The notes under the pieces were generated by a model. It did no database searches. It had not been told where the DNA came from and was given only the letters and a program-made list of their open reading frames with translations. Positions 1-12,812 of a stretch of 64,000 nt of DNA are shown here, one piece after another. Position numbers and translations under genes: made by a program. Each line of letters opens with the position of its first letter. The stretch's first letter is position 1. The stretch comes from Octopus sinensis (taxonomy: Eukaryota): NCBI RefSeq assembly GCF_006345805.1, contig NC_042999.1, positions 154,194,001-154,258,000 of the forward strand, read 5' to 3'.

Positions 1-3000
1 ACACTACAGCTGTGACCATCCCATCAGGGAAGGGAATCTACATTATCCAATACGTCCAACTGTATGGTATTATTTGAGGAAGGTTTGGTTGCTATTCTTG
101 GCACATCACAAGACAAGCCATTGGCTCCCATGCTAGTTTGTTCCATCCTTGCCCATTATACAGAAAGCTACAAGTATTTCTATAAGGCATTCCCTTCTTG
201 TTACTAACTGGTTTTAACATTTAACTGTGAAACAGTTAATACAATCTAACCCAAAAATGTCTATTGTTCATAATTCTTCACACTTCAAATATTACGACTG
301 TTATGGAAAGGAAGATAAAATTGAAAGCTTCGACAAGCTCAGGGGATTTACTACGTTGGAACAGGATTAGTGCATGCAAGCAATTATAATCTCTAGCAAA
401 GTATTGCAGCAAATATCGGCATTTCAATAATCTATATACATATATGGATATCATCATTATCAATTTAACATCCATGGATGGAGTTTATCGAGGCAGATTT
501 TCTATGGCCAGATGCCCTTCTTGTGGCCAACCCTCACCCATTTCCAAGCGAGATAATATTTCCCCATGGTTAGACATGATTTTGCAGAAATGAATGACAC
601 TGCTTGTATGACAGTGATGCTCATTTACAACTATCATGTGATGTCAAGACAAGGGTACACAAACATATGCACACACAGACACACCTGACAGGCTTCTTCC
701 AGTTTCCATCTATCAAACCCACTAAATGGGCCTCGGTTGGCCCAGGGCTGTAGAAGACACATGCCTAAGGTTCCGCATGGTGGCACTGAACCCAAAACCA
801 TGAAGCTAGGAAACAAACTTCTTAACCACACAGCCATGCTAGTGCACAAAATACAATTACTTTCAGTCATATGTCAACCACCATACTGGAGCACCAACTT
901 GAAATCAAAAATATACTCTAGATCAGTGGAACTCAAAGTGGTGGTCTGTGAGTCATCAGCTGCTGGTATACAGTAAGTTTTCAGAAAAGAAATAAACAAT
1001 AGCATAATTTCACTAACTTCACCTTATTCACTGCAGTAAACAACTTATCAGCTTATGTTATATTATATTATTTGTTTACCAAATAAATATAAAATAAGAT
1101 AAATTGTGAGCTTTTATTATATTCATTATATATACATATAGTTTCCCGTATAAATTAATATTACTAAGAAATGTTACCGGTCCCTGGCACATTGGAAAAA
1201 AAAGCTGCCAGTAGTTTAAGAAGCACTGCTCAAGATAATCTTTATGTTACTGCCAAAACACTATCTTAAAGATAGCATATTAGCACTAGTGTTTGTTTCC
1301 AAGCTTTTACTTGGCCATCTAAAAAGATTTAGTCAAATCAACTTCAGTATTGTATCAATCTTTTTTGTCAAACCACTAATTTATGAGGATGTAAATACCA
1401 GCTGTCAAGTGGCTAAGGAACAAACACATGCGTCTATATATGGGCTTCCATCAAGTTTCCTTGCTACCAAATTTATTCACAAGGCATTGGTCATCCCAAA
1501 ATTATAGCAGACAGTACTTGCTCCAGGTACTACCAGTGGAATTGCCCTTAAAACCATGTGGTTGGGAGGCAAACTTCTTAATCACAAACTTCTAATCTAC
1601 CTATATATATATATATATATATGATGATATAAATGAGTAACGAAGATTACGCCCGTTTCAAGTGGCTCCATTGAATTGATTAATGAAAACGTTACATCAA
1701 TTTGAAACAAATCATTCTCATTAGATGACTGAATAGACCTCAGACATGAAGGATAAACCCATTTTTAAACAAATTTACATCAACAATGGAAACCAAAATA
1801 TTTAAATTGTTTCCTTTTGTTACATCTGTGACAGAAAATAATGCATACCTTGTTAAGCCTACTATAATTTAGAGTCTATTTACCTAACTTGCAATATGCA
1901 CTTCAGAAATACTATAAAAAATACCTTTATAAAAAGTACATGTCTGAATTACCAAGAGCAGATATCTTCACTTAGCTGGGTTGCATTGTCTCCACACATG
2001 GCAGGAATATTAGGTACAAATAACCAAATAACCCTGCATGGAGTCTTGATATTTAATATTCAAATACGATTGTTGTGCTGTGGGGACTATACCAAATTAG
2101 CAAGGTGCCTCAATTTAAGTATCTAATTCAGCTGAATCTTAATGATTATATATATATATATATATATAAAAGCGTAGGTGTATAAATGTAGATATGGTTA
2201 TAATTCAAGCTGTGTCCTCTTGAAGCACATCTGATTATTCCAGTACTCTAAAAGTAGTGGATGTTATATTTGTGTGAAGTATGCTTAATTGGTTGAAAAA
2301 TACTGGAAAAAGTTTTTAGTATTTGCTCACCATGGTGAAAAGAATATGAAAAATTTTTTTTCCAATCTGCTTGGATATATCTATAACACAGACTGGAATT
2401 TATATTACTTTATCATAAATTTCAGTCTTTGCTTCAATATATCAGTGACTAATATAATTGACCAGGAATTTCAACTTGTATGGATAGTCTTCTTTAAGAT
2501 AAACCATCCGCACATACAATTGATAACCAGGATTCGCAGAGGTGCTTCATGAAGACCTGGCTCAGATTTTAACCCCTTTTATACAAACGCACAAATTTTC
2601 TTACAACAAACACATTTATTCTTCATAAATAAGCTGACAATAACCTATAATATCTTTTTGCATAGTGGCAATTTAAAGGTCATTAACTTAAAATAGAAAG
2701 ACACTATCTTTGTAGTTTAGTTTAGCGTCAATCAATTCCCTCATTTCACAGAGAAGCCAGATGACCTAAGTCCTACAAGCTGTAACTCACTCATTTTTTA
2801 TTCATATTACATTTCAGGCTATAATTTATGTATTTTGTCTTAAGAGATCTTGTGCCATGTGAAAACAGATACCATGTTAAATATTTCTACTTGACATACA
2901 AGTTTATTTCTTGATAAACTGAACTAGTTTATTTATTTATTTTCGGTGATTGTTTGTGGAAGGAAGACACCAACTGCTAACATTTCACAGGGCCTCCAAG

Positions 3001-6000
3001 AGTCAAGGTGGAGGAAAATTAGGAAACTATAGCTCTTGGGTGGTGGTAGGAGGAAGCATCACCTCATGGTAGCAAGTTATCATCAGATGGGAGATCTGGT
3101 GCAAATGGGTAAATGATATTATATCTATGAACAATCATCATCATTATCGTTTAATATCCGTTGTCCATGCTGGCATGGGTAGAATGGTTTGATCAGAGTT
3201 GGCAAGCTGGAAGGCTGCACCAGAGTCCTGTCTGATTTGGCATGGTTTCTATGGTTGGATGCCCTTCCTAATATCAACCACTCCAAGAGTGTAATGGGTG
3301 CTTTTATGTGCCACTGGCACGAGTGCCATTTGTGCAACACCAGTATCTGCGACCATTGCAATTTTACTTGGCTTGAAGGGTTTTCTTCTCAAGCACAACA
3401 TGATGCCAAGGTCTCGGACATTCGTCACTGCCTCCATGAGCTTTTCACATGCCACTGACATTGGCCACTTTGCCTCTGTGAGGCCCAATGCTCAAAAGAT
3501 GCTTTTTACATGCCAGTTACATGACACCAGCATTTGACGGGTCTTCTCAAAGGTCCAGGAATCGTGAATAATGATTATTGTCATCATCATCCATTTAATG
3601 TCAACTGTCCCAAGCTCGCATGCCCTTCCTGTTACCAGCCCTCACTTGCTTCTAAGAAAGGTAACATTTCTCTATAACTGGACATGTTTCCATAGAAGAT
3701 TGGCAAGAAATGACACTGCATGTCTGATGTTAAGTCAATGTTAAGATGAAGCAGCACAAACACACACATGCAGAGGATTCCTTTCAGTTTCCAGCTGCCA
3801 AATTCACTGATTATCAGACAAAGCTTTGGTTAGCCTGAAGTTATAGTAAAAGACACTTGCCCTGGATGCCTCAAGTGGGACTGAACCCATAACTACATTG
3901 TCAGGAAGCAAACTTCTTAACCTAAGAGCCATGCTTGCAACATATTAAAATCTGCAATAGACATCAAGGCTAGCTTCTAGTTGTTTTAGTTTTATAAATA
4001 ATGATGAAATGAAGTAAGAGGCAGTACTAGATTGGATATCTGCTGCAGACTATTGCAACCTCTTTATGAAACAGTGGCTGGTTGATGCTATAAAGGAATT
4101 CCAGAGAATACGTGTCGAGAGACGGAGAGAGAGAGAGAGACAAATGAAGAGTGATGGAGTGAAAATAATCAATTATGCATCAAGCAATAACTTAATGCAA
4201 TTCACAGTGATGGTGCCCTCAACAACCAAAAGTTGTTTTAACAACTTCCTCTTGTTAAATCATATTGATTTATCAGGAACTGGGATGGTGAGACACACTT
4301 GTTCAAACAAGCACTCTTTGACCCCCATATCTGAATCTTTCCAAACATCAGCCTCTTGTTTGTTTGTTTGTGTTTTCTTCAGTTGTTCTTGCCTCATCAC
4401 ACTTTCAAGATAGTCATCTCTTAACCCCTTGTATTTTTATTCAGCTAAGTAACTCCTCCATTGTACTCCGTGGATTTGTTGTCTCCACTCCACATTGAAA
4501 AACAATTGCTCCCATAATTGGAAATACATACAAATCAAGTGGCCTGCTTTTTACTACAAACTCTTAAGCCATAATGTTATTTATGACTGGTTATTTAAAT
4601 ATGGGCATCACCTGATGCAATGTACAGTCTACAACACAATGGAACTCTCTATTATCCAACACTATACCTTAATAATGCATGTTCACATCAAAAGTTTTAT
4701 GGTAAATTCAACAACAAAAAATCTGCACAGGTGATATTATTATTATTACTATTTATGTAAACAGTCTTTTTTTTTTTTATAAAACAACAATACAAAAGGC
4801 AATGATGAATTATTTCATGATTTTATAATGAGAGAATATATCTGACAAAGGAAAGCCATTAAGATTTTGTTGCTATTGTTGTTGTTGTCAATCCCACAGA
4901 CATCATCACAATCATGTGTTTTTAGCCACTTGGGTCAAATAGAGTTTGTCAAAGCAGATTTTTCTACAACCAAACACTCTGCCTGTCACCAATCCTCACT
5001 TGTTTCCAAACGTGGCATTATTCTTCCATGGCATGACATATTTTTTTTCTCAGATTAGAAACAAATCAATTAGCAAAATGTTGAAGCTTATTGGCAACTA
5101 ATGTACAAGTCAAGGAAAGGAGACACAAACATGCACACACACACACACACACACACTGTCCCTACTCTGTGATATTGTATATCACTTTTCTCATAATCTC
5201 TGGAAACCCTAGATGGCAGCCCCCAAAGTACATGCCTAAATCCTGCACTATTCCCTCCTACTCTCTGACCCACCCAAATAAGCATTCACATCATTCTCTC
5301 AAATGTAATATTCATTTATCTACATAGTTTTCAATTAATCATGCATTACTCACAAGCATCCAAATTCTGAGGGTATTCTTTGACTTGTTTCAGTCAGTTG
5401 ACTGAGGCCATGCTGGAGCACCACCTTAAAGGGTTTTTAGTCAAATAACTCGACCCCAAGACTTATTCTTTGTATGCCTAGTACTTATTCTATCAGTCTC
5501 TTTTGCAGAACCGCTAAGTTACCGGTACATAAATGCACCAACACCAGTTGTCAAGAAATTGGAGTGGGAGAGATAACAAACAGAAAAATATATACATATA
5601 TATACAATGGGCTTCTTTCAGTTTCCGTCTACTAAATCAACTCACAAGGCTTTGGTCACCCCAAGGCTAAAATAGAAGACACTTTGCCCAATGTGCCACA
5701 GAGTGGAACTGAACCCAGGACCATGTGGTTGGGAAGTAAGTTTCCCACCAAGCCTAATTTGTTTATGTTTAGAATGACATTGAAGGGTAGGTGTGAGAGA
5801 CCAGAGCTGGCTGATTTGAAGATTAAATAAGTGGAATATTTGACTGAATAAAGTTGGTTTAAATGCTAAAGGGTTAGGGTTAGGCTAATTAATGTGGTTT
5901 CAATTAGGCAGAGACTTGGGGTATTTGAAGCAACGGATCTATAGATGGTCATTTGGTTGTTGATCCAATTAGTTGTGATAGAGACAGAACAGAGCTAACA

Positions 6001-6194
6001 CAGAATTGCCACACTGGCAATATGACCACCACTTCAGAAAACGTATTCTTTGTTTATCAAAGCAATTGATTTTTTTTTATGTCCATTTTTCCCTGCTTGA
6101 GTGGGTCAAACAGAATTTAAGGCAGATTATCTATGGCTGGATTGGTCTTCCTGTCACCACCCCTCACCTTTTTCCAAGCAAGGAAATTTTTTTT

Positions 6195-6420
6195 TTCATT
6201 GCCCACAAGGGGCTAAACATAGAGGGGACAAACAAGGACAGACAAACGGATTAAGTCGATTACATCAACCCCAATGCGTAACTGGTACTTAATTTATCAA
6301 CCCCAAAAGGATGAAAGGCAAAGTTGACCTCGGCGGAATTTGAACTCAGAACGCAGCAGCAGACAAAATAACACAAAGCATTTTGCCCAGCTTGCTCACG
6401 TTTCTGCCAGCTCGCCGCCC
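6195..6420 (-). mobile_element. SINE family C
   Basis: Reverse complement of the family C sequence. Confidence 0.8.
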
Positions 6421-6839
6421 AAGCAAGGTAATATTTCTCCTTGGCCTGACATGTTTTCGCAGAATATTGGAAATGAATAACACTTGTTAGCAACCAGCAT
6501 AGCATGACAAGAACAAGCACACATACCTATCCCCACATGGTATGAAATACAACAAGTAGTAACGCACTCAGTTAAAGATATTGATCTTCCAACTAACTGA
6601 ATTTCACAAGGTTTATGCGTGGATTTTTATCATCATCATTTTAACGTATGTGTGTGTGTGTCTCTCTCTCTCTCAAATATTATTACTATTTTTATTATTG
6701 TTTAAAACTGGTTGATTTGGCTCCATGTAAGTTAAAATCCCACAGGCTTTAGTAACTTTTACTTTTGTTTGCATACACGTGTGTATACATATATACACAT
6801 AGGTTACTGTGGTTTTATACTGCAAATATATAAACATAC

Positions 6840-6875
<36 letters not shown>

Positions 6876-6879
<4 letters not shown>

Positions 6880-6959
6880 ATAGAAGGAGCTTCTACAGGA
6901 CTAGAACTGTTTCATTTGAATGAAACAGTTCTAGTCCCGTAGAAGCTCCTTCTATAAAA
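6876..6959. repeat. 84-bp hairpin (41-bp arms, 2-nt loop)
   Basis: 1 mismatch; abuts a (TA)n run. Confidence 0.9.
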
Positions 6960-7027
6960 TAAATTAATTTACTCTGCTATGTATTGAGTACCTTATTTAC
7001 TGTGGTTAACCCCGACTCGACCCGGGA

Positions 7028-7071
<44 letters not shown>

Positions 7072-7082
7072 ATATATATATA

Positions 7083-7317
7083 TTATCTCCCCTTCTCCCT
7101 AGCTCTCCTGTGTGACCATTCTGTCCGGCATTCGCCATGATAGATCACTAGCCACTACACATTCTTTATTTTCTCTCCTTGTTTCTGTCTGTGTTCTTTC
7201 TGTGGAAGGGCGTAGGCTCAAAATGTTAAAGACTTTTTCACTTCTTGACCGTTATACCAATACATCTGATTGTTGTCTACACCACCTGTCTTCGTCTTTT
7301 TTTTTTTTGTTTATTCT

Positions 7318-7320
<3 letters not shown>
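7083..7320 (+). mobile_element. Penelope-like terminal fragment
   Basis: Opposite-orientation homolog of 45853-46110, between (TA)n runs. Confidence 0.55.
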
Positions 7321-7359
<39 letters not shown>

Positions 7360-7861
7360 TATATATATATACACACACATAGAGGCTCCTCTCACTTTGT
7401 TACCAAATCACCTGAGACCACCCTTAGTCTCACATGGTTTGGTATCAAAGGGCTTAGAAGAGAGTTATGATAAATAAATAAACCACCAGTTACTTCCTGT
7501 TCAAGAGATAATTGTGGCTTAGAAACATTTTTATGCTACAAAACGTGAGTGGTATATTACATGTGTGTATATATATATATATATAATGTGTGTGTGTGCA
7601 CGCGCGTATATATATATGTGCATGTATGTGTGTGTATATATAATGTACGTATGTATGTATATGCTATCAGAGATAGACTGTAAGACAGAAATAGTTGCTT
7701 TTGTTTGTTTTGAGGTTTTATTTTTATCTTGCAGCTGGTAACCATTATTGTCTGGTCAAATAGGTCCATATCTCATAGTCCTATGTATCACTGGTGTGGT
7801 GGTTGGAGAGGGTGAAGATGGTGACAATGATAACAAGGATGGTCGTGGTGGTAGTAGTAGA

Positions 7862-8016
7862 GATGATGGTGGTTGTGGTAGTGATGGTGGTGGTTGTGGT
7901 AGTGATGGTGGTGGTTGTGGTAGTGATGGTGGTGGTTGTGGTAGTGATGGTGGTGGTTGTGGTAGTGATGGTAGTGGTTGTGGTAGTGATGCTGGTGGTG
8001 GTGATAGTGATGGTGT
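7862..8016. repeat. 21-bp GATGGTGGTGGTTGTGGTAGT minisatellite (~7 units)
   Basis: Direct inspection. Confidence 0.9.
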
Positions 8017-9472
8017 CGATTATTCCAATAATCAACTAAAATATCACAATTTAATCAATTTACCTGCAACAAAACATTTTTATAACAGAGTTTATCAAAA
8101 ATAGTTTATGGTCATAGGTATGGTTGCTTCCCGACTAAGGGTTTTGTGGTTCAATACCACAACAAAGCACTGAGTAATGCTTTGGGTTGACCAAAGCTTG
8201 AGAGTAAATTATGGTAAACGGAAACTTTGTGAAAGCCCTCCAGTAGGGTTAGTAATGGGAGATCTGTTCCCATTCCCAGGGAGGTGGAGACAGAGTTAAT
8301 ACCTCATCTGGATAAACACCACTATTTAATCCTTGGATGCTGTCCAGCCCTTCAATTGTCCCTTGATTCTGTCAGCAGCCCTGACAGCCTTTTATTGGCT
8401 CTTGCGCCGGTGACATGTAAAAGCACCCACTACACTCTCAAAGTGGTTGGCATTAGGAAGGGCATCCAGCTGTAGAAACTCTGCTAGATCAAGATTGGAG
8501 CCTGGTGCAGCCATCTAGTTCGCCAATCTTCAGTCAAATCGTCCAACCCATGCTAGCAAAGAAAGTGGACATTAAACGATGATGATGATGATGGGAAAAA
8601 GTGGAAGGGCAACACTCATTAAGATTAATCCTTTTGTTGCCATATTTCAGTGGAGATACACTGCCTTTATTTCAATTACTTTTTAAAATAATGAAGAATT
8701 TAGTAGAAATAACTGTGATTATTAAGCTGGTATTTAGAACATAAATTAGCATTAAATTTCAATGGAAGTTCTAAATTAAATCACTTTAACATAGGAAGTT
8801 TGAATCACAGAACCAGGGGTGGTGACAAGCAGGCTGGTATAGAAAGAGTAAAGCCAGGAAGACTATTAAAAAATATATTTAAAGCATTCAGAGGGGAGTT
8901 CTAATCCAGAGGTAAATCATTGTCTCCTACCCTCCCCAATCTCGGAGACCCTGCAGGAAATGTCATGCCCTTTCTCTTCTCGCTGGGCTAATTAAAATAA
9001 CTCTAAGCATGTCAGTTTATTCTGTTATTATTGCTATTATTTGAAAAATTCCCCGCCCTGTCTGGCAATCTGCTTTCACCCAATTTTGGCAATGAGCTTC
9101 ACTCAGCCAAGCTAGAGAAATTTCTCCCATATTTTAATCCTTCTGGCACACATGCATGCATACATACACGTGTATATACACCCAAATATATATACATACA
9201 CATGCATATAAATACATATATATACACACATGAATACGGACACGTGTGTATATACACAAATATACATACACACATGGATATAAATACATTTATATACACA
9301 TACATATAAATACACCTATATATATATAGATTATATATCTATAATATATACTTAGGCACAGGAGTGGCTGTGTGGCACCTTGGGCAAGTGTCCTCTATAG
9401 CCTTGAGCTGACCAAAGCCTTGTGAATGGATTTGGTAGACGGAAACTGAAAGAAGCCCATCATATATACATA

Positions 9473-9960
9473 TCTCTTATTATAAAAGGCAGATTTTATC
9501 TGCCTCCCTTTGGGAGTTATACAAATCTACAATATAGGATTTCTTCAATTACAATTTACCTTGTATTTTTAAGAGTACAATGCATCGCGTCATGCCAGGT
9601 CCAGTTTTTAAAATTCAAACTCCAATTAAGCAAAATTTACAGAAAACTCACATTCTGGTGTGTGTGTCAAATGCTTTTCTTAGTCTGGTTTACAGCACAC
9701 GCAAACACACACACACAGTGGGCAACGAATAAAATGAAAGTAATTGACTTACTGTAGTGAGTGATTCTTTCACTCTGCCTCCCACTTCTTCTTTCCACAC
9801 ATAGACACGCAAATATATAAATAAAATTGTAAGCTAACGTGCATGTGTGTGAGTGGGTGTGTGTGGGTGTGTGTGGGTGTGCGCGTGTGTGTGTGTGTGA
9901 GGGTGTGTGTGTGTGTGTGTGCGTGTGCGTGAGTGTGTGACAGGAAAGTTTTTTACGAAT
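9473..9960 (+). mobile_element. Helitron-like element, subfamily B (3' end not found)
   Basis: TCTCTTATTATAAAAGGCAG start; first ~255 bp near-identical to 10960-11228. Confidence 0.6.
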
Positions 9961-10156
9961 ATAACACCTATATCCAAGTAGCAGAAAGATAAGACAGTAA
10001 GGTGTGATTTGAGGGAGATTTGGCTGCTATTTCTACCATGTCTAGCTGCCATGTAGGGGTCTCCCTCATAGGCCCATACATACATATATACATAGATAAG
10101 ACAGTAAGGTGTGATTTGGGGGAAATTTGGCTGCTATTTCTACCAGGTCTAGCTGC

Positions 10157-10453
10157 CCATTTAAGAAACACACAAAAACCGTTACATTCACTTCAACATT
10201 TAAATTTAATTTGCCAAAATATTTTCGTCGCTTTGAGACCGCGACCTGTTCACTGACAAAAATATCGTGCTAACAGGTCGCGGTCTCAAAGCGATGAAAA
10301 TATTTTGACAAATTAAATTTAAATGTTGAAGTGAATCTAACGGTTTTTGTGTGTTTCTTAAATGGCTTATAAACACCTTCAACGCTGCAACTGTTTTCGT
10401 TCCAGCACACGATCTCAGATCAAGTCACTTGCTATGCAAGTACATCTCTGTAA
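10157..10453. mobile_element. Palindromic fold-back element, same family (94-bp arms, 21-nt spacer)
   Basis: 10157-10250 pairs with 10272-10365; left end truncated. Confidence 0.85.
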
Positions 10454-10552
10454 CTATATATATATTTATATATATATATATATGTATATTGGTAAAAACA
10501 GTAAGATAACAAAAGAAAGAAAGAGACCTCAATATTATGTAAATAGAGGAAA

Positions 10553-10947
10553 TCTTTATATATAAAAGTGAGGTTGTGTGTCTGTCTCCTACGATTTAGA
10601 TTCCTAACTACTCCCACATTTTGCGGTGCAGTTTAACCAAAACCGGGTATCTTATAGTCGTGATTCATATCGAGACGGTCTGGGTATTAGCGCGCGTCTA
10701 CGATGAGTCTACGATTTAAAAAAAAATTTACCATCAATTTTTCCCATTTTTAATCCATTTTTGACATATATAAGGGAAGTAACTCTCTAAAATTTATTAT
10801 TAAATCTCAGAACGTAAAAAGCTACAGTAACACCCCTCCCCCTTTGTGGTTAGCCATATTGAGATGGCTATTATACTTTACATCTCTAAAAATGCTTATA
10901 TAATTATTTCCCTTACAAACCCGAGCAACGCCGGGCGATACTGCTAG
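10553..10947 (+). mobile_element. Non-autonomous Helitron, subfamily A
   Basis: 5' TC, 3' CTAG, subterminal hairpin CCCG-AGCAACGC-CGGG, inserted between A and T, no TSD. Confidence 0.9.
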
Positions 10948-10959
10948 TATATATATATA

Positions 10960-11410
10960 TCTCTTATTATAAAAGGCAGATTTTATCTGCCTCCCTTTGG
11001 GAGTTATACAAATCTACAATATAGGATTTCTTCAATTACAATTTACCTAGCAGTTTTAAGAGTACAATGCATCGCGTCATGCCAGGTCCAGTTTTTAAAA
11101 TTTAAACTCCAATTAAGCAAAATTTACAGAAAACTCACATTCTGGTGTGTGTGTCAAATGCTTTTCTTAGTCTGGTTTACACCACACGCAAACGCACACA
11201 CACAGTGGGCAACGAATAAAATGAAAGTAAATGTAATATTTGTTTCTGTCTATCACGCTGATAGATACATGAGTAAAATGTATGGGAAGCTAACAGATAA
11301 CAGTGAGTGAAAATGTTCTTGGAAGAGAGTAAATTAGCGACAGTGATTTGAGGAAGACTAAACTGAAACTATGAAACAGTGTTTATGTATAAACAGACGA
11401 CACTTATATA
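10960..11410 (+). mobile_element. Helitron-like element, subfamily B, truncated
   Basis: Same 5' end as 9473; interrupted by a piggyBac-like left end. Confidence 0.6.
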
Positions 11411-11412
11411 AA

Positions 11413-11738
11413 CCCTTTCGTTACCAAACCGCCCGAATTTACCTATTCATATTTAAATGAGAATATCAGAGTAAATCTCTTTAGTACATTCGTGAAAACA
11501 CGTATTATACTTCGTAAACACTTCAAATACAGTTTTGTACAAAAATCGAAGTGTAATTTTAATTCCGTGAATTATGGGACATTTTTTTCCGAAATTTGTT
11601 CCTATTGTGTTTTCAAAATTTGTAATTCTGACAAAAAATGGATACGAATTTCATTATATCAAGCAGCGAGTCAGAATTCGAAGGATTTTCTACTGAAGAC
11701 CTTCATAAATCTAACTCTATGACTGAAAAAAAAAAGCA
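11413..11738 (+). mobile_element. piggyBac-like left end with start of transposase ORF
   Basis: CCCTTTCGTTACC terminus like the window's TTAA MITEs; ORF start MDTNFIISSSESEFEGFSTEDL (acidic N-terminus typical of piggyBac-like transposases); cut by a Helitron. Confidence 0.6.
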
Positions 11739-12131
11739 TCTTTATATAAGAGTGAAGTTGTGTGTCTGTCCCCTTCGATTTACATTCGTAATTACTCCCA
11801 CATTTTGCGGTGCAGTTTAACCAAAAGCGGGTATCTTATAGTCGTGATTCATATCGAGCCCTTCTGGGTATTAGCGCGCGTCTACAATGAGTCTACGATT
11901 TTAAAAAGATTTACCATCATATTTTTCCATTTTAATGCATTTTTTTCGCTTTTATATAAGGGAAGTAACTCTCTAAAAATATCTACGATGTGTCAACAAT
12001 TTAAAAAAATTTACCTTAATTTTTTTTCAATTTTTAATGCATTTTTTTTGCTATTTTTTGGCTATAACTCTCTAAAAATGCTTATATAGTTATTTCCCTT
12101 ACAACCCGAGCAACGCCGGGCGATACTGCTA

Positions 12132-12132
<1 letters not shown>
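11739..12132 (+). mobile_element. Non-autonomous Helitron, subfamily A
   Basis: Same termini, A|T insertion into a piggyBac fragment. Confidence 0.9.
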
Positions 12133-12162
<30 letters not shown>

Positions 12163-12164
<2 letters not shown>

Positions 12165-12460
12165 CGTGAGGTTGTGAGCTCGAATCCCGGACCGGGCTGC
12201 GTGTTGTGTTCTTGAGCAAGACACTTTATTTCACGTTGCTCCAGTTCACTCAGCTGTAGAAATGAGTTGCGACGTCACAGGTGCCAAGCTGTATCGGCCC
12301 CTTTGCCTTTCCCTTGGACAACATCGGTGACGTGGAGAGGGGAGGCCGGTATGCATGGGCGACTGCTGGTCTTCCGTAAAAACAACCTTGCCCAGACATG
12401 TGCCTAAGAGGGTAACTCTCTAGGTGCAAACCCATGGTCAGTGTCTGACCGAAGGGGGTC
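12163..12460 (+). mobile_element. 5'-truncated tRNA-derived SINE
   Basis: B-box GCTCGAATCCC, TTGAGCAAGACACTTTATTTCACGTTGCTCCAG core shared with copies at 23343, 56733 and 62622. Confidence 0.75.
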
Positions 12461-12691
12461 TTTTTAAAATATATATATATGTATTTGTGTGTCTGCGATT
12501 GAACCCCAACATCGCTTGACAACTATGTTGGTAACATAGCAGTTCGGCACAAGAGACCAATAGAATAAGTACTAGGCTTACAAAGAATAAGTCCTGGAGT
12601 CGATTTGTTTGACTAAAGGTGGTGCTCCAGTATGGTCGCAGTCATATGACTGAAACAAGTAACAGAATACATCTAGATTATATATATATAT

Positions 12692-12769
<78 letters not shown>

Positions 12770-12780
12770 TATAAGAGATC

Positions 12781-12812
<32 letters not shown>

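Noticed and set aside
4066-4734. Several 45-115-codon open frames on both strands
   Set aside because: No consistent splice-site pair and no recognisable domain; one frame runs through a GA microsatellite.
7748-8104. ORF resembling a secreted Gly/Cys-rich protein (hydrophobic stretch plus DGGGCGS repeats)
   Set aside because: No ATG (TTG start, in-frame stop just upstream), no usable acceptor, and open in several frames because it is a GGT-based minisatellite.
11638-11820. ORF MDTNFIISSSESEFEGF as a gene
   Set aside because: Only the first ~33 codons are piggyBac-like; the rest is read-through into a Helitron.
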